From Azolla caroliniana (lineage: Eukaryota > Plantae > Polypodiophyta): 64,000 bases of DNA. Of the stretch, positions 1 to 12,700 are shown piece by piece. The DNA lies in assembly GCA_043228905.1 (NCBI GenBank), contig JBHGNT010000004.1:8928001-8992000 (forward strand), read 5' to 3'. The first letter of the stretch is position 1. Each line of letters starts with the position of its first letter. The notes below the pieces were generated by a model. It did no database searches and was not told the origin of the DNA. It saw only the letters and a list, made by a program, of their open reading frames with translations. The translations under genes and the position numbers were made by a program.

Positions 1-3000
1 CGATCGACCTTCTACTTGGTTTATGAGATCTTCCAGAACTAACACACAGGAAGTCCTTTTGTCCGATCCAAGTTGGCATAGCTACAATGTCGACCATCCA
101 TTTGAAGTTGATTGTCGGTGAGAATGTTGGATGTAACTCGTCTCGGTGTCGAACTCCGAAGTAGATTTGACACTTCTCGCAGCTTTCCATGAACTCCGCT
201 ATATCTTTGTACATATTCTTCCACCAATATTTTGTTTGATTTTCACAAAAGTTGCCCATGTTCCACGATGTCCAGCCCAATCGGATTCATGAAACTCGGA
301 CATTATGCAGTTTCGTTGCTCTTTCGTCCCGACTACCCAAAGTGGTATGCCACCCGGTATTTTTGGCTCCCTCCATATTAATCCATTTTTCAAGAAGAAC
401 TTTTGGACTTGCCTCTTCTACCTTCGGATCTCAACTCTCTTCTCTTTATCATCCAGTGATTACTCAATCTCTTATAGCACCTTCCTAATCATCAAGCTTT
501 CTCCCTCGTACTCTTCTTCTCGGAATTCTCGGATTACGTTTAATCGGCATATGTGCTCCGAAGCAAAGTAGTCTTCAGAAACTTCTTCAGTATCGGATTC
601 AGCTATGTCGTCTCCAAACCGAGCCTTTGATAGCATATCCATTACTGCGTTGTCTTTTCCGGAGATGTATCATATGTCCGGGTTAAGCGACTTAACATAT
701 GCAATCCATCTTAGCATAGCCACATCCGGTATCGTGCAAGACCGCATCATCCCAAGTATCAGAAGACAATCCATTTCGATCACTACTTTGGCTCCGATCA
801 AATAATCTCGATCTGATTTGATTGACGACACGACTCCCCATAACTGTCTTTGGACTTGTGCATACCTGCGTTGCCTTTCGTTGAGAACCTTTGCTTTGAA
901 TCGGATCGGATATCGCGAACCATCCGAGTCGGCTTGATTGATGACCCACACGATTCTGGTTGGATTCGTGTCAACTGTTACTATGATCGGTCGGTCATAG
1001 CTCGGCTTGTTAAGTGATTCCGCACTCCGTAGTGTTTTCTTAAGCTTCTTCATGGCTTTAGTATGTTCCGGTCTCCATTCGAACTTCTTACCCTTCCGCA
1101 ACAAGTGATAGAGTGGGTCCACAATATGTGCATACTGCAAAATCCATATGTGATAAAATGCACAAGCTCCAAGAACCCTTCAAACTTCGGATTGTGACTC
1201 GCATACTTCTTTCATAGCTTGAATCGCATCAATCTTGGTTGGTGACAGTCTTCGGCCGTAGGGCCCACATTGATGTCTGACTACCAATATTTCTTCTTCT
1301 CCGAATGCCGATTTCTCACCGGAAAGTGTTAGGTGCACATCTTCTAACTTTCGTAGCACTTTCTCGCAATCGCGAATATGGTCGACTACAAACTGTCAGC
1401 ATCCCCGATCATCCATAATCTCATCTTTTTCTTCCACCGTGCATCCTTTCATCGGAATGTCATCTAGGAACGGGCATCGTTATCTCCGGAATGCAGTCTC
1501 AAAGCACCTTGTTCATCGTGTTCATCATATGTGCAACCGAGTTTGTCGCTTCTTGTGGTAGTGTGCACATTCGGACTAATCCTATCGGTGTCCGCATGGT
1601 AGTGATATAGGTCTCCGATGGAGTATATCGCACGACCAGCAAATGCTTCCGCAAATTCGTCCACTATCGGACCGACTCCGGAGTTCCAGATTGTGACTTT
1701 GTTCACAGGTTGTAAATCTTGGATAAATCGGACTGACCCATTCTTCTTCGGAATCGTAAACCATCGATTTGAGTACGGAGAGTTTGATGGCTCTAGAATC
1801 CCCAACACCACCTTCTCCTTGAGCAAGTCGATAACTTTTCAATATGCGCCCGCGGCACCGGAATCAACTTCAGGTTCCGCGGCACATGGTCAATCGTGAA
1901 GATCACCATCAGCTCCACTATCTTCGGATCAACGCACCCTATCTCCTTCGATGTGAATGCAAATGCTTTCCCATGTTGTTCCAACATCCCACGGAATCAT
2001 TCTTCTTCATTTTGTAAAAGGAAACCACCTCCACCGATCTAAAGTTTATTCCGGGTCTCATCCGTGAAGGCATGTCTGATATCCACGAACATCCGAAGTG
2101 TTGGATATCCCGAGACTTCTTTCCTCTTTTGCTCACAATCGGCGGGTAACGGTCCCACGGCCGGTTTCACTTTCTTCTCCACGGTCTTGTATTTTGTACT
2201 TACCATTGCTTCTTCTTTGCGGAGAGCATCCAATCCCATTTTCCCAATGATCTCGTACATCTCGACTGATTCCACCGGGACTACCCCGTCTCCTTGGCTT
2301 TTATCCTCCACAAGCTCTTCAAGCTATTGTAGTGTGCTCCCATAGAACACTTCTTTGACTACCCCCATGATTTTTTCATCTTCTTTTATTATTAATGTTG
2401 ACCACAACTTATCCTCTAGTTTCTGGTATTCTTTCTTCTTTCCTCCGGTTACGGCCATGTACGTAGATGCCCCATCCAGACCGATTCGTACTTGTTTTGC
2501 TCCGAGAGATTTCTTCCTGTGTGGGGTACCAGGGCTTCTTGGACTATCATTTCCCCACTCTGCAACAGTCTACTCTAAAAATCCATCCTTGTTTGGGACA
2601 AGAGCTCTCTCTTATTCCTTTCATGATTTGCCGACACAATTAGGAATTGGACAGATTTCCCTGCGCTTTGACTCTGAATTCGTGCGAAAGCCGCACCGCT
2701 ATAAAGCACCTTTGTCTCCATCCGTGAAGCCATGATAAAGGGTTGCCCGAGGATCACGGAATGTGAGACCTCATCTTGTCTGAAGAAATTTTGGTCGATC
2801 TTGACATCCCCGATCTTCACCGTCACATCCAGACAAGCTGCAAATAGATTTTCCGTTGCTTTAGTGGTTGCCCGGATCTTCCATCCTTGGTTAGTGTTTA
2901 TAGGCCACTTCCCCTTCTGGTAGAACTCCTTGGACATCAAATTGATCTCCGATCTGTGATCAATCAATGCTAGCATGGGCTCTTTAATGTTGTGGATTCG

Positions 3001-3936
3001 GACCAAAGTCTCCGTAGTTGCATGTGCCCAATGTGGCTTTGTGTAGTGGGAGTTCGGAATTTCGTCCTCCACTTCGGTGTCATTCATTAAAACCGTGTTC
3101 GCATTTACCCTTGGAGCGTTCTCCTCTGTACTTTGTCTTTTTCTCTTCACGAGATCCACAAGAAGGTCCCGGAACTCCTTCTTCACTATTCCGAGTAATT
3201 CCCGAAGCGAAAATTCCACCCGACTATCAAGGATTCTCTCTTCAAACACCTTCTTTAGGTCCGTCTGTTGTTCGATGTCCGAGGCGAGTTTGAATGCCGA
3301 AATTATTTTTCCTTTCCCCTTCCCTTTCGAGTTCCAGCTCTCCGGCGCCTTTGATGGTCCGGCCGCATCATCCAAGCGTCATCGTTTTTCATCCACATAC
3401 ACTTCATGCAATTGACATAGCGCATGTACGCAATTCTTATCTACAGGGCACTCCCATCCCGTAGCTTCCCGGATACATTCCGCAGCGCTTCGGATTTCAT
3501 CATGGTTGGCTTTGTTCGAAATTTCTAGCACTTCCGGCCAAAAAGATGCCTTTGCTCTAGATGACTCCCCCACACGTATTCCCGCGGTTGTCACATAGTT
3601 GTTTTTCGCCGCGATCTACTCCTCTAGGATCTTCTTCATGCCGCCTTTTATGAAGTTCGATCGGAGTGGCTTCTAAGAGTCCATCGAATGGATCCGATTT
3701 CCCTCGTAGTAGATAAGATCCCTTCGTAACGCCTCATTGTGCTCGTTGCAATCTCTCCGATCATGTTCGGTGCTATCGCACCATATGCATCGACGGTCCA
3801 TGTACTTGGAACTTGTGGGACGGTCTTCCGTCTTCTTCATCGTCGCAATTTTCAGATTCTGCATCTCCTTCAGCAATTGCTCCACCGTGGTTGCGTCGAC
3901 AACCTTCTCGGTCATAGTTTCCCAAGCCCGTGGTTG
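1..3936 (-). mobile_element. Degenerate Ty3/gypsy internal fragment (gypsy-B, Trp-primed lineage): gag C-terminus, protease, RT, RNase H, start of integrase
   Basis: ORF pieces: CIWCDSTEHDRRDC zinc knuckle (3673-3996), LIDHRSEIN protease (2575-3375), WFTIPKKNGSVRFIQDL RT (1464-1826), RNase H (670-1140), integrase N-terminus (199-393). Gag is homologous to 29755-30200. Many stops and frameshifts. Confidence 0.92.
2521..2584 (-). promoter_or_regulatory. Putative -1 ribosomal frameshift signal (G_GAT_TTT plus pseudoknot), gypsy-B copy
   Basis: Heptamer at 2578-2584 directly precedes the protease stop. Stem GACTGTT/GATAGTC; loop GTGGGG is complementary to downstream CCCCAC. Homologous to 13235-13297. 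Confidence 0.7.
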
Positions 3937-6140
3937 AACGGTAGTGGGAACGCATCCGTTATTGTGGCCGCATTCAGCTTCCAGTAATCCACGCATACCC
4001 GAATCTTACCATTTTTCTTAGGTACTAACACAATCGGGCTCAACCACGTTACTTGCTTTACAGGCCGTATGAACCCAACTCTTAGAAGCTTGTCAATTTC
4101 TTCCTTGACCTTCACCGCATAATTGGGATTCATTCGGTTATGGCGTTGTGCCACCGGTTTGGTGTCCATGCTGAGGTGGATCTGATGTTGATAAAGTTGG
4201 GGATCCAATCCTCGCATATCCTCATAGGACCAGGCGAACGCCTCTCAGAAACTTGTGAGTAATTCATCCATCGCCTTCTTTTCGACCCGTGGCATTTCTT
4301 TGGCTATGTTCACCGGTCTGGGTGTGTCGTCGGTACCAAGGTCCACTTCCTCGAGCTGGGATGCTTTTACTCTTTGGGATATAGTCATTTCCCTTTCCAA
4401 TGATTCTTGTGCTTGTCGTAACTCCCGGATTGCTTCTTGATCCGGTTCATCCGATTCCTTTTCCCAGGTTCGTCACATATGGTATGACGGCTTCGGTTAT
4501 GTCTACCTCAAATAATGGCACAATCTTCAGGTGCTCTTCCAAGTAACGGTCGACTTCTTCATCAGCTAACCCGTCCAACATGTTGATGCTCTCCGCATAT
4601 AGGGGGGTTACTTCCTAACTGGTTCCTACTTGTGGTTGTGGCGGTACGCGTACTTTGGTCTTTCCTCGTCGAAAGGTGATTACATTCTTTTGCTAGTTTT
4701 GTTTTACGTGCACCGTCCACAACCATGGTCTTCCTAGCAACAGGGGACAACCCCCTTGCACATTAAGATTTAATACTATTGCCAATATCCGGAATGTGTA
4801 TCCTCCGATTGTGATGTCCAAGTCCCGGATGAGTCCGTTTGGTCGAACCGAACTTGTATCCGCCATTCTTAGCTAGAATGGACATGGTTCCCAATCTCAG
4901 ATTCCCAAGGTGTCACATGTCCCCTTGCTGATGACGTTCACCCCTGAACCACCGTCAATAATGGTTCTAGTGATCTTTTTGCTTTAACAATCACTATGAT
5001 GGACGGGTTGCTTGTGTCCACCACTGCCGGTCCTTCCTCCGGATTGGAGAAGAATGCTAGTGACGGCTCCTGATTTGGTGCGGTGAATGTTGTTTTGAGC
5101 CCTTCAGTGAACTGGGGGACGAATTGTGGCAAGCGCCCCAATGGTAACACGATCTAGCATTCTTGTAATGCCTGCCAAGTTGGGTCCTTGTCGGTACTCT
5201 TTACGGGCTCCTCCGGCTGTAAGTTTTGTTCCTATATCTCGGCCACATTACATTCCTTGGCTTTCTTGATCCATTCGGTGGCTTGCTTCCGGATATGCTC
5301 TTGAGTTTCCCACTCGGCCGCTGTTCCTTTGGAACGGTTAGCGACTTGCTGGACGTCAGTAACTTCAGCGGTGACCATGTTTACCGCCGGTTGTTTTTCG
5401 TTAGCCTTGACCGGACATTGGTTGCTATATTCCCCATCCTTCCGGCAATAATAGCAAGATGCCTTACGATTGCTGCCTGATTCCCTCTTGTCCATGTTTC
5501 TGTTCTGTGCATCGAAGGTTATTCGGCGATTGTTCTCCATTTGTCGTTGCTTCGGTGGTGTCACAATGGTGTTTGTGCTTCTTGGATTGTACTCTCTGGC
5601 TGCTTCCCGGCGCTCTTCCCTACGAAAATACCCTCATTTTTGGTTGCGTCAGAAATTCTGGTTTCCTTGTCGTTTTGGATAGCGTCTATCGTCCCTTCTC
5701 CGATCATAATCCGGGGAGTAGTCCCGTTCATACCGATCTTGGTTGTAGCCTTCCCTGTGTCGGTCGTCGCGATTGCACTCATAGTCGTCGTGTCTTCTAT
5801 CATTGTATCGATTCCCACGTTCTGGTCGATATCGGTCCTCCCTCCAGGACCATTCGTTGTCTAGTTCATGACTGCGACGTGGTTTAATGTTCCGCACCGG
5901 TGCCACTTGTCGGTCGAGCAGGTTGTACTCGCATTGGTCCATTGTGTGTGCCTGTGAGTGGCATATCATACACTGCTTCCTCATTGTGCAGTCTACCGTT
6001 GAATGGCCCGAGTTTAAACACGTTGCGCATTGCAACGCCTAGCAAACCTTGAGTTCCTCCTTATTTGGAAGGGCCATATGCAGGGCTCCCATCATCATCA
6101 GAGAGCTATGTTTATCCATTTCCAAGACCCGATCGATGAT
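3937..6140 (-). mobile_element. Degenerate gypsy-C internal fragment (gag zinc knuckles, protease, RT N-terminus)
   Basis: QCATCLNSGHSTVDC...CMICHSQAHTMDQC (5649-6035), CYYCRKDGE (5232-5564), RT MNPNYAVKVKEEIDKLL...VCVDY (3912-4217). Homologous to 44501-46826. Confidence 0.9.
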
Positions 6141-6257
6141 TGTTACCGATTAGGAACACGGTCTACGGTCAGTCCTTCGACCTAGACCTCAAAGTGACTG
6201 CGTTGCAACGAATGGTAATGTCGTACCGTAATACGTAATGGGATACTTCCCTATATC
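6141..6257 (+). repeat. Probable 5' fragment of a TGTTACC-type (gypsy-C-like) LTR
   Basis: Starts TGTTACC like the LTR ends at 35091, 58773 and 44500(-). Abruptly interrupts gypsy-C gag and is itself interrupted by a copia-A LTR at 6258. The partner LTR is not in the window. Confidence 0.45.
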
Positions 6258-6303
6258 TATTACAATCTCGGTCCCTCCGGATGGGATACGAAGGCCCGTC
6301 ATC

Positions 6304-6460
6304 GAAAGACCCGGTGAGAACCGGATGACGAGTACCCGGCAACGGAAGACCCGGTGAGAACCGAATGTGGAGTACTAGGCAAGGAAGACCCGGGGAGAAC
6401 CAGATGACGAGTACCCGGCAAGGAAGACCCGGTGAGAACCGGATGCTGCAGGCCTAGTGA
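6304..6460 (+). repeat. 39-40 bp tandem repeat in the copia-A LTR (about 4 units)
   Basis: Unit GAAGACCCGGTGAGAACCGGATGACGAGTACCCGGCAA(C)G. The same array occurs at ~35535-35690 and ~39595-39710. Confidence 0.9.
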
Positions 6461-8747
6461 GAACCTCTGAAAGGGATGGAAGGGACATATATGTAAATAT
6501 GTTCTAGAGAGCCCACTGGGGCTATATTTGTAAATAGCCCGAAAGTCATATTCGTATAAATATGACCTAGGGCAAACTCAATATAGACGACGATAGAGTT
6601 AATGTTGTTAATCAGGTTTCAGTATTTCGGAAGCTAGTAAGACTCCGGTACCAAGATAGCTCTAGCATGACGGAGCACATGAATGCCTTCCAAGGGCTGA
6701 TCCACTAGGCAACATCATTGGAAGTACCTCTCGCCGATGAGGTACTAGCACTACTCCTGCTCGGTTCCCTCCTAGATAGCTGGGAGACGCTGATTGTCAC
6801 TTTGGACAATGCCGGGCCAGAAGGGAAATGCTTAATCTCTAGCAAGAGTGAAGTCGAGCTTGCTAGATGAGAAGGCGCGTTGGAAAGACAAGGATACGAG
6901 CTTTGACTCCAAAGTGCTCCTTACTGAATCAGAACGCAGAAGACAAAGGAACCATAGTCCCCAGAACCGGGAAGAGTCGGGGACACGGTCAAAGTCAAGG
7001 GGGAGGCCTACTTGCTTCTATTGCGGCAAGCCGGGACACTTCTAGAAGAACTGTCAGTACTTCCGAAAAGACAAGGAAACGGACGGTACCGATTCGAAGC
7101 GGACACTGGACCGGAATGGTAAAGACCGGAAGGGAATGACGGCAATCGTGGCAAGTGAAGAAGAGTTGATGCTCATCACCGAGGAGAGTGAGTTGAACCT
7201 TGCCGGCGATGAGACAACGTGGGTTGTCGATTCCGGAGCATCGTTCCACCTTACCCCGAACTGGAAATGCTTCTCATCCTACGCAGCCGGTGATCACGGC
7301 TGTGTCCGGATGGGGAATGAAGGTACATGCCGAATTGTCAGCATAGGAGACATGTGGTTGACAACGCCAACCGGATGCAAGCTGTTGCTGAAGGATGTTC
7401 GACACGTTCCGGGGGTTCGACTGAACCTGATATCAACCAGTCGGCTAGATGATGAAGGCTACACGGCTAGCATCCGGAACGGAGTCATGAAATTTAGCAA
7501 AGGGAGCTTGATAGTGGCTTGGGCCCGAAAGGTCAACACGGTGTACCTGATGAATGCCCGGTTATGCCCGGAAGAAGTGAACGTTGCATCCGACATTGCC
7601 AGTGAGTTGTGGCACAAGAGATTGTGCCACATGAGTGTGAAGGGGATGAAGAGGCTTGCCGATGACAACCTCATTCCGGTGAAGAACGTGCGACTTGAGA
7701 GGTACACCGGCTGCCTAGCCGGTAAGCAGAACTGGACCTCCTTTCGATCAAGGCCACCGATGAGACGTAATGCACCATTGGAGTTGGTGCATACCGATGT
7801 GTGTCAAGTGGACACAAAGTCCCATGCCGGAGCGTAGTACTTCGTGACGTTCATAGATGACCACAGCAGGAGGCTGTGGGCCACACCGTTGAAGACGAAG
7901 GATCAGGTGTTATCCGTCTTCAAGGAGCTCCACGCAAGAGTGGAAAGAGAAACCGGACGGAAGTTGAAGGAGGTTCGAATAGATAACAGAGGTGAATACC
8001 AGGGGTAGTTCGAGGAGTACTGCCACTCGAAGGGAATCTAGCTCGAATTTACCGTGACGAAGACGTCGGAACTAAACAGGCTGGCCGAGAGGATGAACCG
8101 GACGATAATGGAGAGGGTCCGGAGTATGCTATCACATGCTAAGCTACCCAAGATGTTTTGGGCTGAGGCGTTGTCAAAAGCAACGTATGTGATAAACAGA
8201 TCACCCTCAATGCCCTTGGATGGAGACACGCCGCAAAAGGTGTGGACCGGTAAGGAAGTGTCCTACCGGCATCTGAAGGTGTTCAGGTGTCTTGTGTACG
8301 TGCATGTTGCTAGGGATCGGAGAGGAAAGTTGGATCCAAAGACCCGGCCATGCATATTCCTCGGATATGGTGATGATGATTTCGGCTACCGAGTGTGGGA
8401 TCCGGTTGACAAGAGGGTTTTCCGGAGCCAAGATATTATCTTCATGGAGGACAAGACTCTTGCCTACTAGGAGTTAGAGAAGAACATAATGAACTCCGAT
8501 GAGATTCGGACCCACCTGGCTAAGAGCCGGTTGACACTCGAGGAACCAGCCTCACCGGCAGAAGAAGAAGTAGAGGAAGCTGAAACCGGAACCGGCCAAC
8601 CCCGAATTGGATTCGGATGAAGAACAAATAGAGGAGCCGAGCCAGCTGCTGAAAGCAAAAGACGGAGATATCCTCTAAGAGAGAGAAGGGCCCCCCGGAG
8701 ATTTCCGGATGCAGATCATGTGTTGGTGACCGATGAGGGGAAGCCGG

Positions 8748-9731
8748 TGTCGTGAAGATCCGTCACTACGCGCGGATCGTGAGGCGGAACTGCCGGGGTT
8801 CTGGACCAGAAGGATTTAGAGTCGATACAAGCTTTGGCGAGAAAGTACTTAAGATAGATTGGGAAAGAGAGAAGTTGAGATTACACGATCAATTTGATAA
8901 CGAATTTCTTCCTCTTAATTTTCATAAAAAAAACCGTGTTTTTTCTCCTCCCCCCTCCCTCTTTTATAGATGCTCTCATGCATATGATGCATGTGAGGGT
9001 ACAAGACATGCATAAATTGCATGTTTGCCATTTGGCGCTTAAGTATTACATGTGGTGCATGCTAACCATGTCACTCATTTTAGCTCTCATGTATGAGAAT
9101 TTACATGTAAAAGTACAATGATAGAAATATAATTTCAACTAAATAGCATGGCTTAATGGTAAGCCAATTGACTCCTAACTTGGAGGTGCAAGGTTCAAAT
9201 CCATACTTGCCCTCCTTGTATATGTATATATATTTATATATTTATTTATCTAGTCGCAGGACGCCGGTTCGCCGGATGCCGTCGGTTACCGGTGCCGGAT
9301 GTCGCCGCCAAATTGTGGTCGAATGCCGTCGGATCACTGGCTCCATCGCCGGTCCGGTTTTGGTTGGCCAAAACCCTTTACAAGTAGCTAGCCACCTCCA
9401 CTCTTAGTTCAAGTTACCTTGAACTCTCTATGCTCCACACATAGACACAAAGATAATATCTTTTGCTCCACCTTATATATGATGAGAGCCGTATTTGTCG
9501 TGCCTATGTGGGATATCTCACAAATTTCTCTTTTCTTTTCACAAACTTTATACCCTCATATCTTGACATTTAGTTGTCCATTTCTCGTGTAATAAAGTGC
9601 ATTCGAAACCTCCATCATTTTGTACTTAGATATTAAAAATGTTATCTTCACAATTATTGTATTACGTGATTCATACTCGATTTCGTACGTTTTATGGGAT
9701 TTTCACACTATTGCCGAAAATCTTCACGATA
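8748..9731 (-). repeat. gypsy-D 3' LTR (984 bp)
   Basis: Direct repeat of 15554-16575, adjacent to the PPT. Confidence 0.95.
9142..9213 (+). promoter_or_regulatory. tRNA-like box A/box B (Pol III type 2) cassette in the gypsy-D 3' LTR, antisense to the element
   Basis: TGGCTTAATGG 9149-9159, GGTTCAAATCC 9192-9202, 32-nt spacer, D-arm-like hairpin GGCTT-AATGGT-AAGCC. Confidence 0.75.
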
Positions 9732-12700
9732 TCCACCCCCACCAAACCGCACGTCCTCCGGTACGTGCCAAGAAGAGAAGAAGTGAGATTTCGGCTACGA
9801 TGATCAATTAGATTCCTCCATGTCTTCATTTTCATCCGGCCTATTATGTTCATCGTCGAGGTAATCGAGGTCAGGATCCTTGTCTTGTTTTTCTTGAAAA
9901 GCTTTACTCTTTTTCCCGCAATGGGTACGGCCAACCTTGATCCGTCTAGTTCCGCAAGGTGGTATGTGGCATTATTGTTGGCACTTGTCACCACATACGG
10001 CCCGAACCATCTTCTTGCGAACTTCCTTGTTGTACTATGTTGATTGTCAAGGGTGTTGTCGTAAACCAAAACCCAATCCCCTTCTTCAATCTTCTTAGGA
10101 CGAAGTCGATGCGTGTTGTCGAACCGAACTTTGTTCTTTACTCGGGCTGCCTTCATCATCTTTCGCGCTTTTTCTAAATCTTCAGGTCTTCTTTCAAGTT
10201 GCCTTATCCGCGCCGCTAATAACTCTTCTCGGCTCATCTCGTTCTCCCACGGTATCGCTACCCATGAGGCGATCGTCCTTTCGATGGGCATAATCGGCTT
10301 TTGTCCATACATAAGCTCCGTCGGCATATACCCTGTCACCGAGCTATGTGTCGTTCTATCGGCCCACAAGGCATAGGGTAATAGTCGTGGCCAATTCCCG
10401 ACTCGACCGTTGCATGCCCGTACGATGGCTTTAACGATAGGTTCATGCCCTCGCTCGATCTTCCCATTCGCTTCCGGATTGTAGGCAGTCCTGAGGGAGA
10501 GCTTCACGCCTAGTCTTTCGAAGAGCTCCGTCGCTTCGTGCGCATCCAACTCCCCTCGGTCGGCCACTATCTTCCCTACACATCCATATCGGCAAACAAC
10601 ATCTTCAAGTAAAAATTTACAAACGGCTGAAGTCGTCTTATTTGTCAAGGCTTGTCCTTCCACTTGATTTGTCAAGTCTTCCCTTGCGAGCGCTAAGTAC
10701 TTCATTTGTCCCACTCCCATTGGCATCGAGACCAGATCCACCATCCATTTGAAGTGAATGGTGAGTGGGTATGTCGGCTTTAACTCATCACGATGACATA
10801 TATTTGAATATATTTGGCAAGTTTCACATGTGGACACGAAATGGAGTACATCTTTGTACATGCTTGGCCACCAGTACTTCTCCTTCAATTTTTCGAACGT
10901 CGCCCATGTTCCTCTATGACCTGCCCAAGCACTCTCGTGGAATTCGGTCATTAGCGTCTCTTGCTCTTCTTTCTTTACCACCACTCGACGTGGTATTCCT
11001 GTCCTTCTTTTTGGATGTCGCCAAAGGAATCCTCCCTTCAAGAAGTATCGATAAGCTTTCTTTCGGATTCGTAGGGCCTCCTCCTTTGTCAACGAAGCAT
11101 CTGTCGTCAATGTTCTTAGGAATCTACCGATGAGTAACCATTCTCCTTCGTACTCGTTCTTGTTGAAGGCGTGGAGGTTTTGCGTGTCCTGGTCTTCCGC
11201 CGACAATTGAGCCATCTTGAAGAAGTCGAGGGCGACATCTTCATCTTCCGAAACCATGTTACTTCCATTTGAAAATCTTGCCCTCGACAGCATGTCAGCC
11301 ATGGCGTTCTTCTTCCCTGCGATATGACGGATCTCTGGGTTTAAAGACTTGATGTAGGCGATCCACCTTAGCATAGCAAGATCTGGGGTCGCACATCCCG
11401 AGACCATTCCGAGAATTGGGAGACAATCTATCTCTATTATCACTTCTGACCCGATCAGGTAATCTTTGTCCGTCTTCACTGCCGACACAATACCCCAAAG
11501 TTCCTGCTTGACTTGGGCATATCTTTGTTGCCGTTCACTGAGAACCTTTGCTCCGAACCGGACGGTATATCGCACATTATCTTCACCTTCTTGATTGATG
11601 ACCCACCCGATTCCGGTTGGGCTCGTATCTACGGTCACGTAAATTGGTTTCCCTTCGGCATAGTCGGCCTTCCTTAGTGTCGGAGCTTCAAGAAGCAGTT
11701 TCTTTAATCTTCGCATCGCCTCTGTGTGCTCGTCTCGCCATTCGAACTTTATTCTTTTCTTTAGTAGTCCATATAACGGTTCGGCGACATGAGCGTAGTG
11801 AGGAATCCATATATGATAAAACGCGCACGCTCCAAGGAACCTTCGAACCTCCGTTTGGTTTTCGCATTCTTCTTTCATGTCTTGGATTGCGTTCACTTTG
11901 GATGGCGAGGGCTTCCGGCTGTATGCTCCACACAAGTGACCTACCACCAAGATCTCTGGTTGCCCGAATGCGGATTTTTCTCCCGAAAATGTCAAATTCG
12001 CATCTTTGAGCCTTTGAAGCACCTTCTCGCAATCTTTCATATGATCCGCAACGAACTTTCTACAACCTTCCTTATCGTTCGATTCATCTTTCTCCTCATC
12101 CGAACATCCTTTTATCGGAATATCATCCAAGAATGGCATCGTGATGTCCGGAATGCAATCCTTCAAGACTTTATTCATGGCATTCACCATATGAGCCACC
12201 GAGTTCGTTGCGCCTTGGGGTAAGGTACACATCCGCACAAGCCCGATCAGAGTCCTCATGGTTGTAATGTCCCGATTGTCGATCGCCAATTGAAATTGGT
12301 CATATCCGGAGTAGAGATCGCCAATGGAGTAGATGGACCGGCCCGCAAACGCTTCGGCAAATTCGTCCACGCTCGGACCGATTCCGGCATTTCGAATTGT
12401 CACCTTGTTGATGGGTTGAAGATCTTGGATGAATCGCAATGATCCATTCTTCTTCGGCACCGTGAACCACCTATTGCAATAAGGAGCATTCGACAGTTCT
12501 AGAATTCCCATACTCACCTTCTCCTTTAAGAGCTCGATCAGCTTCGGAAGGTGTGCTCTCGGAACCGGTATCGGTTTCAAATTCCAAGGCACATGAGGCA
12601 CCGTGAAGATCACCATTGGCTCTATAACCTTTGGGTCGGCGCATACGATTTCTCGTGGGAAAAATGCGAAAGCCTTCCCATGTCTCTCAAGCATATCGCG

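Noticed and set aside
6304-6460. Regular ~40-bp repeats resembling a CRISPR array (also ~35535-35690 and ~39595-39710)
   Set aside because: Whole units repeat with no unique spacers, they lie inside copia LTRs, and no cas genes are present.
9142-9213. Functional tRNA gene
   Set aside because: Acceptor and anticodon stems do not pair and the anticodon position varies between LTR subfamilies; only the promoter boxes are conserved.
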